Source: Ptychomitrium polyphyllum
Lineage: Eukaryota
Reading direction: 5' to 3'
DNA: 64,000 nucleotides
Assembly: GCA_973851085.1 (NCBI GenBank)
Contig: OZ316775.1
Coordinates: 6,138,001 to 6,202,000 of the forward strand
The position numbers and the translations under genes are program-made. Within the stretch, counting starts at the first letter, position 1, and every line of letters starts with the position of its first letter. This document shows, piece by piece, positions 39,317 to 52,395 of the stretch. The notes beneath the pieces are model-generated. The model was not told the DNA's origin, searched no databases, and saw only the letters and a program-made list of their open reading frames with translations.

Positions 39317-42152
39317 CGTGTAATGGATGATAGTATTTTATGAATAATAATAGACATTAAGAAGACATAAGGATGTAATGATTATAAAGACTATATGTTT
39401 TTTTATCAATAAAATAAAAGATTTCATACCTTTTTTTTGAAAAAAAATGACATAAAAAAGGTTTGTGAATGCATATGCATCTCTTGCTTGTGTAATTTAA
39501 GAGGAGATAGTTTGGTTGGATGAAGTATTTATTTACATATTATTGATGTTATGTATTTTTACCTTATTTTACTTACTATGTTATTTAGTATTCTTGAATG
39601 CACATAGATGTATTTGAATATAAATTGTGAAATTTTGGATTTCTACTTCTTATTAAAATTTTAAAATAAATAACTAATACTAAATCAAAGGATCACTTTC
39701 GTGGTTCACTTTACCTTGCTTTTGTAGTGCTCCATCAGGAGCCTTACGCTTTGATGCTCCCAAATTTATGGCCAGTTTTCCAGCCAATTACAAACACCTT
39801 AGTAAGTCTCATATACTAGAGGGTTTAAGGATAACTTACTTTATGTAAGAAAACCCAGCTTACTTTATGCTAATATACAGTACATTGGAAACAACTTGGA
39901 TTTTTAGCCTCCAATGCATCCACCAACTCAACATAAAGTACAAGCCTAGCTTGCATACCTACCAGTCGACACTAGTAACCTGATGGAATGCCTCCACATG
40001 TCCAAAATCCAAAGCAACTGCATGAATTGCCTCAAAAAACCAGAGTGGCACAGCCACCAGGGTACCTACTCAAGCATACTCATCATCTTTATCTGCACAT
40101 CACACAAACCGAGTCCATTTCTAAAAGAGTTACTACAATACAGTACAGGGAATAGGGCCAGTTTCTGGGCAATGGTAGCTGGAGTCACAATAGTTATCCT
40201 TGAAGTTGCATGGTGACTCTGCACCCGGGCAACACTTATGGATGGGGATCCAGAAGGCCTGCCACGGCGGATGCCAGGTGGCTCGTTCTGTCACGTGGCT
40301 CTCCGAGAAAGCGCTCTGGGAACAGTTCGGTGAGCACTTTCTAGACTGCCCTGGGATGGCGTGCTTTGTTTGGGCATTCCAACTGGACGCGGGAACCTGT
40401 CTGTGTGTGAATTTGATGCTGCGAAGTGCGGTGGTTGTGTGGGGTAAGGAATGCATATCCAAAACCGTTACTGTGTGCAGAACCGTTACCTAGGAGGTAC
40501 GGACATGACATTTCAGTGTAAGCCATGATCTTTTTTCTTTTGACAGGATGATGGTTTTTCTTATGCATTTTTATGTCAACAAATAATTTCCCATCGTAGC
40601 TGGAGTGTTGACGAAAAAGTTTCATTTGTAGTTTCACATCATCTTCGTTCGAACTTATCATCCAAAACTCACTGTCGACTCCTACGAAACTGGCACAGCT
40701 CTGAAAAATCCACAATTTAAGACCTAAAAATGTCTCTAGGAAAAAAATGCTCTTCCATTTTCCAACCGTTTTCTTAAAAAAGAATCATACTTTAGTGTTC
40801 CTAGATTACATGAAAAGAAATTATTTTTTGATTCAATATTATCTTTTCATAAATTAGGTGTGCAAATAAAAGTTACATCTTATTTTTAAGTGAAAATAAA
40901 GATTCTTAGATTTACTTTTCTATCATCTTTATAATAAAAAAGATGATTATCTTTACTAAAAAGAATAATTTTGATTGAAACCATTCACATCTATAGACAT
41001 TTGTATTCCAACACCAACATCATGATCATTTTTAACAATACATTGTTTTCTTAAATATTCAAATCAATGGAAACAAAAGAAATGCATTTGCTTTTAAAAA
41101 ATAATTATTTTACACCAAATTTGTTTTATGATTACAATACATAAATATAATCATTTTACAAAGGTACCATTAATTTGCAACAAATCTAGGTGGATGTGCA
41201 ATAATTTTAATAAATAATTTTGATTTTAAAATATTCAAATTATATATTATCTATTTAAAGTATAATAATACATGTATAAATGTAGGAAATAATTGTCAAA
41301 ATTTGCACAAATTAATTAAATAATATTCTATTGGTATTTAATATGCTAAATATCTAGTTTATTATATAATCTAAATACAAAATTTTAATTAATTAACACA
41401 TTTTATGCAAAATCTTATTTTCATACAATTCTAAACATAAACATATTTACAAAATTTTCATCTTTCTAATACCAATAGTAACCAAAATATATATAATTAT
41501 AAAAATAAGATTTTATTTTATTTTAAAGAATTAAATCTTTACATGAAAAAACTTAATTGAAGTAAAAATATTCTTTTATTTGTAACTTATTTTTATTTTT
41601 ATTCTCTTTATTTCTTTAAATTCATTTGTTTTATTTTTAACAAAAATATAAACATAAACTTTGTTGATTACTTTCTTATGATCATATTTTTAATGTTTGA
41701 AATACTATTATCATATGTTTGGAATTAGTTATTTTCATATATTAATGTTATTTTTTCTTATCTACTGAATTTTATGATAATTGATTTTCATCAACAATAA
41801 TGCCAAAACAAAGCCTTAATTGTCAAAGTTACTTCAATTGGCAAAAGTTGTATGTTTGTTACATTGCTATAAAGTAGGCCATTACATGAAGTAATTTTTT
41901 TATGTAAAAGTTTTTCCTTATTTTGTATGGTAAACTGAATTTAGAAAAAAGAAAATCTGAAATAATTCATGTTGACAAAGGAAAAGATATGTTCATGCTT
42001 TCTTATAATTCTTTACAAAATAACATCCTTCAAAATCATATTCAACATTGTGATTGTGAGGATGCAAGTAGATTTTTAACTTTAAAAATATTCTTTTTGT
42101 CATTCAACCTTTATACATTACACATTATATATGTATATTCTAAATTCATTGT

Positions 42153-42180
42153 TATGTATGTATGTATGTATGTATGTATG
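42153..42180. repeat. (TATG)n microsatellite
   Basis: Directly visible, just upstream of the DUF707 remnant. Confidence 0.95.
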
Positions 42181-42417
42181 AAACGGTATACATGGGTTCT
42201 TCAAACTACAGAATGCTGACAAAGTAAGTTTGCTTTTATACTCTGCTTCTTATAAGCCCCTTTCCCAGGTAGCATCTGCTTTAATGTTTCGGTTTGTCCC
42301 AAAACCAGACTTTCTTTCCATGAGCGTGAAGTTATGGCAATTGTTCACCTTAAAGCTTAGGATTTGCTCTCACGCGCTCTAGTATATGATGTCAATACAC
42401 TGCTTGTATGATCTCAG

Positions 42418-43956
42418 GTGGTCTGCCAAACTGTTTCTGCACTCCGATGTGGTCGAAGCATAAGATTACATTCTCATTTGGGATGAGGATCTAGAAATAG
42501 AGCACTTTGACGCTGAGAAGTATGTTCCACAAGCAGGTCCGTGGTTTCAGAATTTGGGCTTCTCTGCCTTGTTTACCTTAGCGTGTATCATATCAAATGT
42601 TGTCCTTGAACTTGAATTGTGACCCGACCTACCACACTAAATAGGGGTCTTAGGTTGCCCAGGCTAAGCATTTGGGGTGTTTGAAGTGTGTGATTTGTTG
42701 GTTGTGTCTTTCGATTATGAGACGTCTCAGTGCTTCACAACTTTACAATATAGTGGTCGTATAACGATCGCCTCTGAGGTTTCTAGTTTTGCAGTGCAAT
42801 ATTGTTATACGCCCCTTTAAAGTATCGTGACTTACCTATGAAGGACGTTCCTCCGAATCATGATGAGTTCGTTCATTGTGGAGCATGATGTTATTCGAGC
42901 CTGCGGCTGCAGATACATGGAGCTGGTCAAGAAGTATGGCCTTGAGATTTTATAACCCGGACTGGAGCCTGACAAAGGCTTGACATGGGAAATGACTAAA
43001 CGCTGTCGTGAGAGCGAGGTTCACAAGTGGTTTATGCGTTCCCATTGCTGGATTTCTGCTGTGTCTACTTCAATGAGAAGATTTCGCTTGCAATCTCCCA
43101 CAATGCTTCTTCTGAGATCCTGTTGAAAGATTGCTCTAAGAAAACAATCAATCGTTTTGAAGTTTAGATTTTCTCATGAATTTCACGTAGACCTGTCATC
43201 CTTTAGGATCAACAGTTACGTTAAGCCTTTACATTTGTGATGTGAATTCTCAGGTTATCATCGAATTTTCGGATTGTTGACTCATGCATTGTATCCTGCA
43301 CAGGGATACTAAGGAGAAAGAGGGTTAATGCTCAGATCCTCTTTTGCCTCCTTGTGCAGGGTAAATCCATTCTGCATCACCGATTCTGTGGATTCTGTGT
43401 GTGCATCGTTTTGTTTTTTATTAGCTGTAAATATATATAGAGTGTTGAATATATGAACAATAGTGAGAGTTTGGCTCCAGGAAGATTCTGTCAGTTATTA
43501 TTGAACTCGATGTACTAGCATTTCCACTTTGAAGTTATGTAAGAATCGCTGCGACTATAGGATTTGTATCGTGAAATTGTGTTCTGCATAAAGGTGCGTC
43601 ATATTGCTATGCAACTGCAGGTTTGTAGAAATTATGGCGCCTGTTTTTTCACGATCCTCCTGGAGATGTGTTCGGCATATGATATAGGTATTACATTAAC
43701 GGTTTGATTGTTGGTTTTCATGAGCGAACACTTCTATGGAGAAGATGTGTTATTTTTTGATTTCTTGATCATAGATTGGTGGGCAGTCTCCACTTCGTTT
43801 TTGTTAGAGCTGAGCCTTAAGTTCATATGCATGAACAACAATACGCAAAACCTTTTAATGAGACATGTGGCTTGTAAATTTCCTGCTGCTCACAATTGAG
43901 CTAATGGAACGTGATTAAAGAATGACTTGGTGTATGGGTGGGGATTGGACATTCTC
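42418..43956 (+). pseudogene. DUF707-family pseudogene fragment (exon remnants 42418-42519, 42913-43026, 43304-43360, 43621-43687, 43921-~43956)
   Basis: Spliced translation WSAKLFLHSDVVEA*DYILIWDEDLEIEHFDAEK|YMELVKKYGLEIL*PGLEPDKGLTWEMTKRCRESEVHK|DTKEKEG*CSDPLLPPCAG|FVEIMAPVFSRSSWRCVRHMI*|NDLVYGWGLD follows the DUF707 consensus (IWDEDL, FVEIMAPVFSR, NDLVHGWGLD). Stops at 42461, 42953, 43326 and 43685. 5' and 3' exons are not visible. Confidence 0.9.
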
Positions 43957-46900
43957 AAACTTGAGATTTTGTTGAATCTTTTTGATAGGTTGCTAGAATG
44001 ACGTTTCGCATAAAACAAGAGGGTCCGTTGCTGATGCCTTACAAACTTGGTCAGAGAATGGTGATTCCACCAGCATAAAAGTGGTTGCTTAAAGATAAAA
44101 TTGCTCAGGTTTCAAAAGTGTGGTTCATTGTTGATCAAATGCTGCATCTTCCTCCTTTGGCACAATGTATGATCTCCTTAACAATGCATCTGATAATCCC
44201 TGTTGTCTCCTTGACCAATATCTTATGTTGAAGTCGAATTAAGATAGAGACACATTCCTACAGGCTTAGCGGCGATTCAGAATGCGGACTGATATGAAAT
44301 ACTTGAAGTTCATGTGTTCTATATATAGTTATCGGATGAATTGCACCCTAAAATTGGCGCCACTACTAAAACTTAAATATGTGTATTGGATGTGTTTATT
44401 AATTGGAACTTCAAGTTTCTCTGTTAATTTGTATGTTAAACATGGAACGAGTCAAGTTTGATATGAGCTAGTAAATTCTAGTTGTTGTCGACCAGGCATA
44501 TTCTTGTTGTAACTATTGCAAGTTTGAGCACTGAAAAGATTGCCTACTTCATTCACGTTGATGTCAATTACAGCTTTGGTAGGCGGAATCATGTTTGCAA
44601 TCACCGCTTTCTTTAAGGTGAAATCAGAGCCCTTGGAATGGATTCTTTCCCCGGGACCAGACCTAGTTGCAGCATTACATGCAGTAAGCCTCTTGTAGAA
44701 TTTGATTGTTTTGTCATCAAGTTCATATTTGAGCTTTTTAATGCACGATTTAAATTAGTTGAGGTATAGCAAAATTTCAAAACTGAATTATATACAGCAC
44801 ATATCACTACTAGCTTTCTCACGTTTTGTTGCGTTCTGCAGGTACTAGTGGCGTCAGGGTCATCCCCCTTTGTGCAATGCTAGTCAAATCACAAGAGTGG
44901 CCCCATTTTTGGTTGCGGCCTACACTCCAATGCAGCTCAATTTCTCCACGTTTTTGGGTGTCCTCTTCCTCAGAGATTCACTTTTCTTTGGAAGGTAGGA
45001 TCGAGTCATAACAATATATTTGCTTTATGACCTGAAAGACATGAAACTCTAAAGATAGGCCGGAGTTTTTATGTACTCTTCAATTTAGCATGTGAGGACA
45101 ACTGATAGAGTGGACTGCCAGTTTCTTACATCTGCTTGGGTTCTGCCTCAGGGTTACTAAAGTTGGTCAAAATGTATTCATTTTGGTGTCGTCTCATGGA
45201 AACAGTAGAGATTACAGAATACGGGCACACGTTGTTATGGGATTTAACATGAAACGTCGTGTTTGTGGCAGTGAACTTGGTGCTACTTCAATCCTCAGTG
45301 GTCTATTCTTTGTGATCTGGGGAATACAAGGGAATTGCCAATGTAAATTAAGCAGTGACAGCCTAAATTAAATTAAATTGTATAAAGATGGTAATGAGCA
45401 CACATTTTTCATTTCAAGCTTCTTCAATTGCACTTAGTCGAGGAAGCTTCGGATTGAGTTTTTGTTCTCTTCTATTATTGAAGGATTGGTACCTTTAAAG
45501 GTAGATTCACCATGTGGTTGTACTTGTACCCTACGAAGGTGCTGTGCTTCAAACTTGTGTTGCCTATTTTGATGTTTTTGAATTTTACAGGATGTTAAGA
45601 TATAATGTAACACTAAATAACATTAAATCAAAGTGTAGATTTAGGGTCTCTTTACATCTTCTCCTGTTGCCCACAAGAGGAGAGATTTTCTATATTTAGC
45701 AAATTTCACCAATGCAATGTTGAATTCTTGCATAAGGTTTGATACCTTCTCCCCTTATGATGAAAATATGAGTTGGTTATTTATATAACAATAGTTATTA
45801 AGAAAAAAGAATCTCCCATTAACCAATTAACAAATGTTTGTGGAATGGTAACCTAAAAACTTATTTAAGAAAAAAGTTTTCTCTCACCAAAATATTATTT
45901 CAATCTTTTTACATCTTCTCTTGCTGACCATCCTTAACCTAAAATACCTATGTCTTGGACTGCTCTTATCCTTAATAAAAGTGTGAAAAGGCCCTTCGTT
46001 TGAGTTCAACTGTAAAGAGTTTGAGATCTATTTAGGAAGTGCATTTCCTTCTCTCCAGGTTGCTTAGCTCCAATTTATACAAAGAGGTTGGTTTTTAACG
46101 TGTCATCTGCTTTCAAAGTTGGATTACTGGTTATGGCCTGCAGTTTTAATCTTGTGAATACCATAATAATTGCATGCATCAGTCAGCTTTTCTTTAGGTA
46201 AATCTCCTTCAAACAGCCAAAGATTCTGTTTGAGCAGATGCATTTTAATGCATCAATACTGCTTTATTCTTGCATATGTTCAAACAGATGTGTGCAATTT
46301 AAGATATTAGGTGATCTGCACAGGGGAGAGAGCCTTGAGTACTTTAGGGTGAGCATAGGCTCCACACTTCAAATGAAGCTTTGCATGGGGTGACCTATCT
46401 CCACTTGTAGGTTGATTATACTGATTCACCTTTGAAGCATTCATCCTTAACCCACAACCTTGTTAGAACACTGTATAAGTTGTATTTTTAGGTCTTACTT
46501 TAGTAAGAGTTGAATGAAGGTTCATAACTTAATCTAATTGTTGTCATCACAATAAATTAGAAGCACTAATTTAGTACTTTTAACAATGTTGGATTCCCAT
46601 GATAGAGTGCCCATGAACATAAAAGTTTTGATTGTAAATGCATATACATCCATAACATTTTAAAGTAGTTGAAGCAATTCATCCTTCTTTTGCAAAGTTG
46701 AAAACCAATAACAAAAAATAGAGCAAGCTTGTTTGATGCACAAACTCTCTCAATCCATACTTGAATAGGTTTTCAAAATAGTATAGTGGTTTTAAATAAT
46801 GGAATTATTCCTTTAAAAGAAGATTTTTTTAAAAGGTCATTAAAGAATATTATGTTGGATTCAACAATTGTGAAATACACAAGAATATAAAAGTTTCATA

Positions 46901-49900
46901 ATATTTGTAACATTTTTAGCACTATGTCAATTGGACCTTTTAAGCATAAGGAACATTTCCACGGTCAAATTAAATATGCAAAGTATTTATAGACATGCAT
47001 AGGGGCAAAAGCCTAGTTATGCTACTTATATTTTGATACTTAGAGGTTGCACCTTTGCACTTTGGAAAGGTACTACACCATTGCAGTAACATGCAAAACC
47101 TGAAAACTTAACAAACTTGAATACTACTTTCTATTTTACCTACAGAGGTCACTTTGTTAACTCATTGTGCACACTGCATCTGGGACTACAGTATGTCTTT
47201 GCCAACATGCTAAGATTTTTTATGCAATGGTTCAGTAACAGCTGAACAGAGAAAAGCCTTGGCACTTTGATCATAGTGAACAGTATTACAGTGTAAACCC
47301 TGGTCAAATTGATTTGTCCAGTCAAACAGAGACCCAGAGGTTGGCAAGTTGGCATGGCCAAACAGGTAACAGAGGGCAGTCTTTGGTCATGTGCACTGTG
47401 TACTTACCGTATCCCACTCTATATCATAATCATGAGTTAGTTCCTATGAATTCTAAAACCAGTATCCATGCAACTTATATCATCACTCTGAATCCTGATG
47501 AGTTTCAGAACCCTTGCTCTGAGCCTGGCTTTCAAACTTCCCCCACTAACTTTGAGTTCTAACTTCTAATGTACTCTTTGCAATGAAGTGGAAACATCTA
47601 GAACCGAGTCTACAACATGATTTATACTTCAGTATTATCTGCTGAATTGTTTTGATGTTTCATCATTTGAGGTCGTATGAACCAAATTTGTCAGGCTCTT
47701 GCACCAAAGTCTGTATAAAGGTCAGGGTTCTTTCAAATTGGATATGAAGTTCTTGAGGGTAAAGTATCCTCATTTAAGGAGACAAGCATACAATGAAAGC
47801 ACACCAGAAAAGTTGAGACTAGAGTGTAATTTGGCACTATTTGCTGTCCACAATTTGCATGAGCAAATCTTGCAAAAAAAGAAAGTTGGTTCTCTGATCA
47901 AATTGGTATATTTATGACGTGCACTAAAGCTGTTTCATGGATTCTGGAGGTATAGTGTTTGATTCAGCATGATCTATTTCATGATCATAAAATCAGTATG
48001 CAATTGTTCATCATAACCTACTTGTGATCTATTCAAGGCAGGGGTTTTCCAGGAGGTAGCTCAATGGACAAAGTCATCAATCTACGGTAGAGGCACACAT
48101 CTCTTTATGCTATTATGTAATTTACAAATGGAAACTTCTGTACAAATTTCTGATCTAATTATGGTTATCAATAGAAGGTGTGTGTCTCAAACAAGAATAA
48201 TCAGGCCCAGTTTACACTGTGGACCAGTGATGTTTTTGTGCTAATTTAAGAAAACTTGCCACAAAAATTATGGGCTTGCTAGTCACCACTATAGTCCAAT
48301 TATTCAATTTTTTAATTTTTTAAATATGGTAACTTTCAATTTATTTTTTCACAATTTGTTTTGAAGGGATTTTGATGAAAAAAATCATATGGTGCATTAT
48401 ATAGTATCTACTCTATTTATAATACTTTCAAGAGTCATAATTTCTATTAAATGACCTTTCATTACAAAATTCTTTTTAAACTTTAATTATAACTTTAAAC
48501 TTTGATTTATATCAAAATCTCTTGTATATATAATTAATCATTGATGTTAAAATTTTGACTTGCAATCATCAAAACGATTATATATCAAATTATTCAAGAA
48601 ATGTATCACTGAAAATACATTGATAAAAAATTGTGACAAGTTGTAGGACACATTTTAATTCCAAGTAATGCATTATTTGAACAAGCCATTATTTGACTTG
48701 TAATATGGAGTGTTAAGTTTATACTAACTTATTGAATGGTACAACTTTGGATTTAGTATTTTCAAAATGATGACATCATTAAAAGAGACTTTAGCCTTTA
48801 ACATGGATACTTCCAAATTAAAAATAACCTAAATGAAATGAGAGTTACACAAATTACTTACCTTCATGTTCAAATTATGATTCACATAAAAAAAAATTAA
48901 AAAATTCTACATTAAATGCTTATATAAGCACTTTAATTCGTTTCTTGCTACTATCTTACAACTAAATTATTTGAAACCCTTTTAAATTAACAAGAATCAA
49001 GTAACTTCAGTGCTTTGTGGAATAGTCAATAGTTGAAAGTAACATATATTGTTATTAGTTTTGAGATTTCAGATTAATTGTATTTAGCATCACCTACACT
49101 AATTGATTAAAAACATGACTAAAAGAATAGTATCAATTACTTTACTCTTGGTGAATATACTCAACTTTCATAAATGAAAAACAGTTTTCAATAAATGGTT
49201 TGAATAGAAAGTTAATGATACAAAATACACATGAACTCACCACCCAACTAGTGATGACTCAAGAGAACAAAGTATTTGCAAATGAACCTTGTCCTCAGCT
49301 CTTATAGTAGAAGTGTATGGTCCAATGAAGATTGCAAATTACTCTTAGACCTGGCAATAACTACACTAGTTTTTGCAGCCACAGCATTTGCTGTTCAATG
49401 AAAAGAAATCTGAATTGCAAGATAGTAATACATCCCCCACTTCATTCCAGGAGTATGTTCTCCAGAGGGGGGAGGTACTATCAGGACCATGCGGCTACCT
49501 TTACTATACAATACTCACACTAAGAAGGATCTTTCCAGCAGCCTTTATTACTTTTTATTCTTACACAATAAACTTAAAATCGAATTAATACACCAAGATA
49601 AGAAGCCAACTTCATTGAATTTTACTCATTACTCATCAGTTGCAGCTCTTTTTCATCATTGTGTTATGTTTATGTTACTTGTTATACTAAACCAGTGACA
49701 TACAAGCGGCAAGCCTATCCCTAAGAAGTTACACAAATCCAGAGGCAAGTCTGTACTGGCTGTTGGATTACAGAAATGATCCACAAATGACATACATGAA
49801 AGGACTTCTTATTTAGTTGAAAAGGGAAAAAATCCTTCCCCTCAAGGTATGGACTATAATTTTTTCTATGAGTCTCATGTCATGGCATTGGTAGAACTTC

Positions 49901-52347
49901 TCGGCACCATTTTTGGTTGTGCCTTGTTCTTAGTTCTCCTCTCCAGTCCAAATTCTCACTTCATTTGTGCAAATCAAAAAGGATGTTTGATTAAAAATTA
50001 GTTGAACCAGAGCAGCACACCACAAATAAAGCATCAAAATCCATTTTATGCTCCATGCCTTATACCACATGCCATGCCTCATACCATCAAACTCATCAGA
50101 TTAAGTGTAACTATACATATATCAAAAAAATTGAATGCAGGTACATTTCATATGGGTTAATGCATCACTGCTAATGCATTGAAATCTGCCACGTCACCTA
50201 GTTGTTATGTACCTCTTCACAAGATATTACAAATCCATATAGCCAGCAAAACATTTGGGACGTATAATTCATATAACCAGTCTGTACCTCTTTTTAATCT
50301 TTAATGTTCTCAATTATCTTACCAAGCTACTTGAAAGAATAATCCATACATTACCTTTATAAATAAACATGTTGTTTCATACTCATATTTATAATCAATA
50401 ATATAATCAAGCAAAGTGATCAAATGTCAATGTAAAATAGTAGGTTATCTAGAGCTTATTTCACTATTTTTCAATCAATTTTAAAGTTTGCATTAAGAAA
50501 GATCATTTACAATTTCAATAATCAATTATTCACTTAAAAAAATTTAAGTGAGAATATGTTGTTGCATTGTAATACATGATTCTTAGTTCCAAAAGGACCA
50601 TTGTTTCAAAAAAAGCTTCTTGGAATTTGAGTAGATTTGTGCAATGTCAATGGCAATTGTATTTTTATGAATTTTTTTATGGAGGTGCAAAATGTTTTTT
50701 CATTATGAAGGTATAATTTCTTTATGAAGGTATAATATCTTATTACATCTTCTATTACTTCCAAAAATTTGTATACAAGTGATTAATATAATTTTGTTGA
50801 AATGTAAACTAAACAAATTAATCGATTCAAATAAAAATATCCACAGTACCACTGCAAAAGGACTTAAAGTTTATGAAGTTTGTTGGCATGATGCAAAAAT
50901 TTAGTACTTTCTATCATATTTTCATACATGTTTTTGTTTTGTTTTCTTTCTCTTACTTCAAGGAGAGGCAGCAATCATAATGTTGATGGTTTGGATTGAG
51001 ATTTCAGAAAAAAGAAAAAGTTTGCAAAGAATTTTTTTTGTAAATAGGTGACATCTTGGACTTCTTTCCACAGCAAGATTGTTTTGAAAATGTTACATCC
51101 CTCTTTTACACAGGTAAACAGCATGGTCTTCTTTACAATGATAATTCTTTCAAATGGTGTACTTCAAAGTTTTGATGTCAAGAAGAGGCAAACTTTGTTG
51201 ACCCTCTTTTATACAGTAGTGATAAAAGAAATTCACTTCAGACACTAAAATCTACACATTCTTCTAAGAGTTTGGTTGAAGATCTTACCATTGAAGATTG
51301 ACATGATTGGTTTTTTCTCATTTTTACTCTCTGCACTATAAATGACAATGACAATTTTGGAGTGTTTTCTATGAAACATAATCTAGGAATTTTATGCATT
51401 AAGAGTTCAGTTTTGATGATGATTTTTTAGATTTGAATAAAGAGCAAACCACAAAAATGTCTTGAAACACCCAACAGCCTTGTAACAGAGTGACTCTTTG
51501 GTGAGAAAGTTAGATTCACTCCTTTAATTCCTTGCTGGATATGATACACCACTAATGGAAGCAAACCCACACAAAGATTGCAATAGGGCTTAATTACTAA
51601 AGACGGTGGACATTGAAAAGAAGACTTCCATGTCACCATTAGCTATGCTTCAATATGCATGAAACATTTAGGTTCAAAGGCCAAGGTTCAAAAAGTGCTC
51701 CTACATAGGGATGGAAATCCGCAGAGATCAAATGCATATTTCTAAGTCATGAATCATCAAAGCAACTACAAAGAAGTTCTAAGTTATTCAGAATCTGTCC
51801 TTCCAGTCATAACTGGTCTGAATAGGCATGAATATCTTGTGTGTTTCAAATTTAGCAGGAGAGATATACAACTAACTACCTGATCTGTGCATTAATTTTA
51901 CCAGTGTAAGCAAATAATTATCTTAGCTGGCCCTGTTCATGGCATGAACTCAGAGACATGTTGATAACAGTGTAACACCCCAGGCAGAGGAAGGAGACAT
52001 AAGCTGAATGTGGAGCTCCCTTGTCAGAAGATTCAAGTGAACACAAAGCTGTACAAGGGTGTCTGAAGTGATGTTGTCACTTCTTTTCACACGTTACCAA
52101 CAAGGTGTATGCTTTAGTGTGTCACAATATAGAACCTTTTTTTTTGAATATTTCAGAAAGTGCTAAACTGAAGATGTAGAATATCATAGTGGAATTCCAA
52201 ATTTTTATGTTCATAACATTCTTCAAGCATCTGAAACAACTTATTTTGGGTATGTGGCCATGAGTACATGAAGGCATGATTTTCGCGTTGTGATGTCTTC
52301 TCTAGGAATTTCCTCAGTCTTAAAAAAAATAAACAAGGTTTTGAAAA

Positions 52348-52395
52348 TGGAATTGTATCTTAGTTGATGGAATTGTATCTTAGTTGATGGAATTA
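52348..52395. repeat. 20-bp tandem duplication
   Basis: ATGGAATTGTATCTTAGTTG twice plus a partial third copy. Confidence 0.9.
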
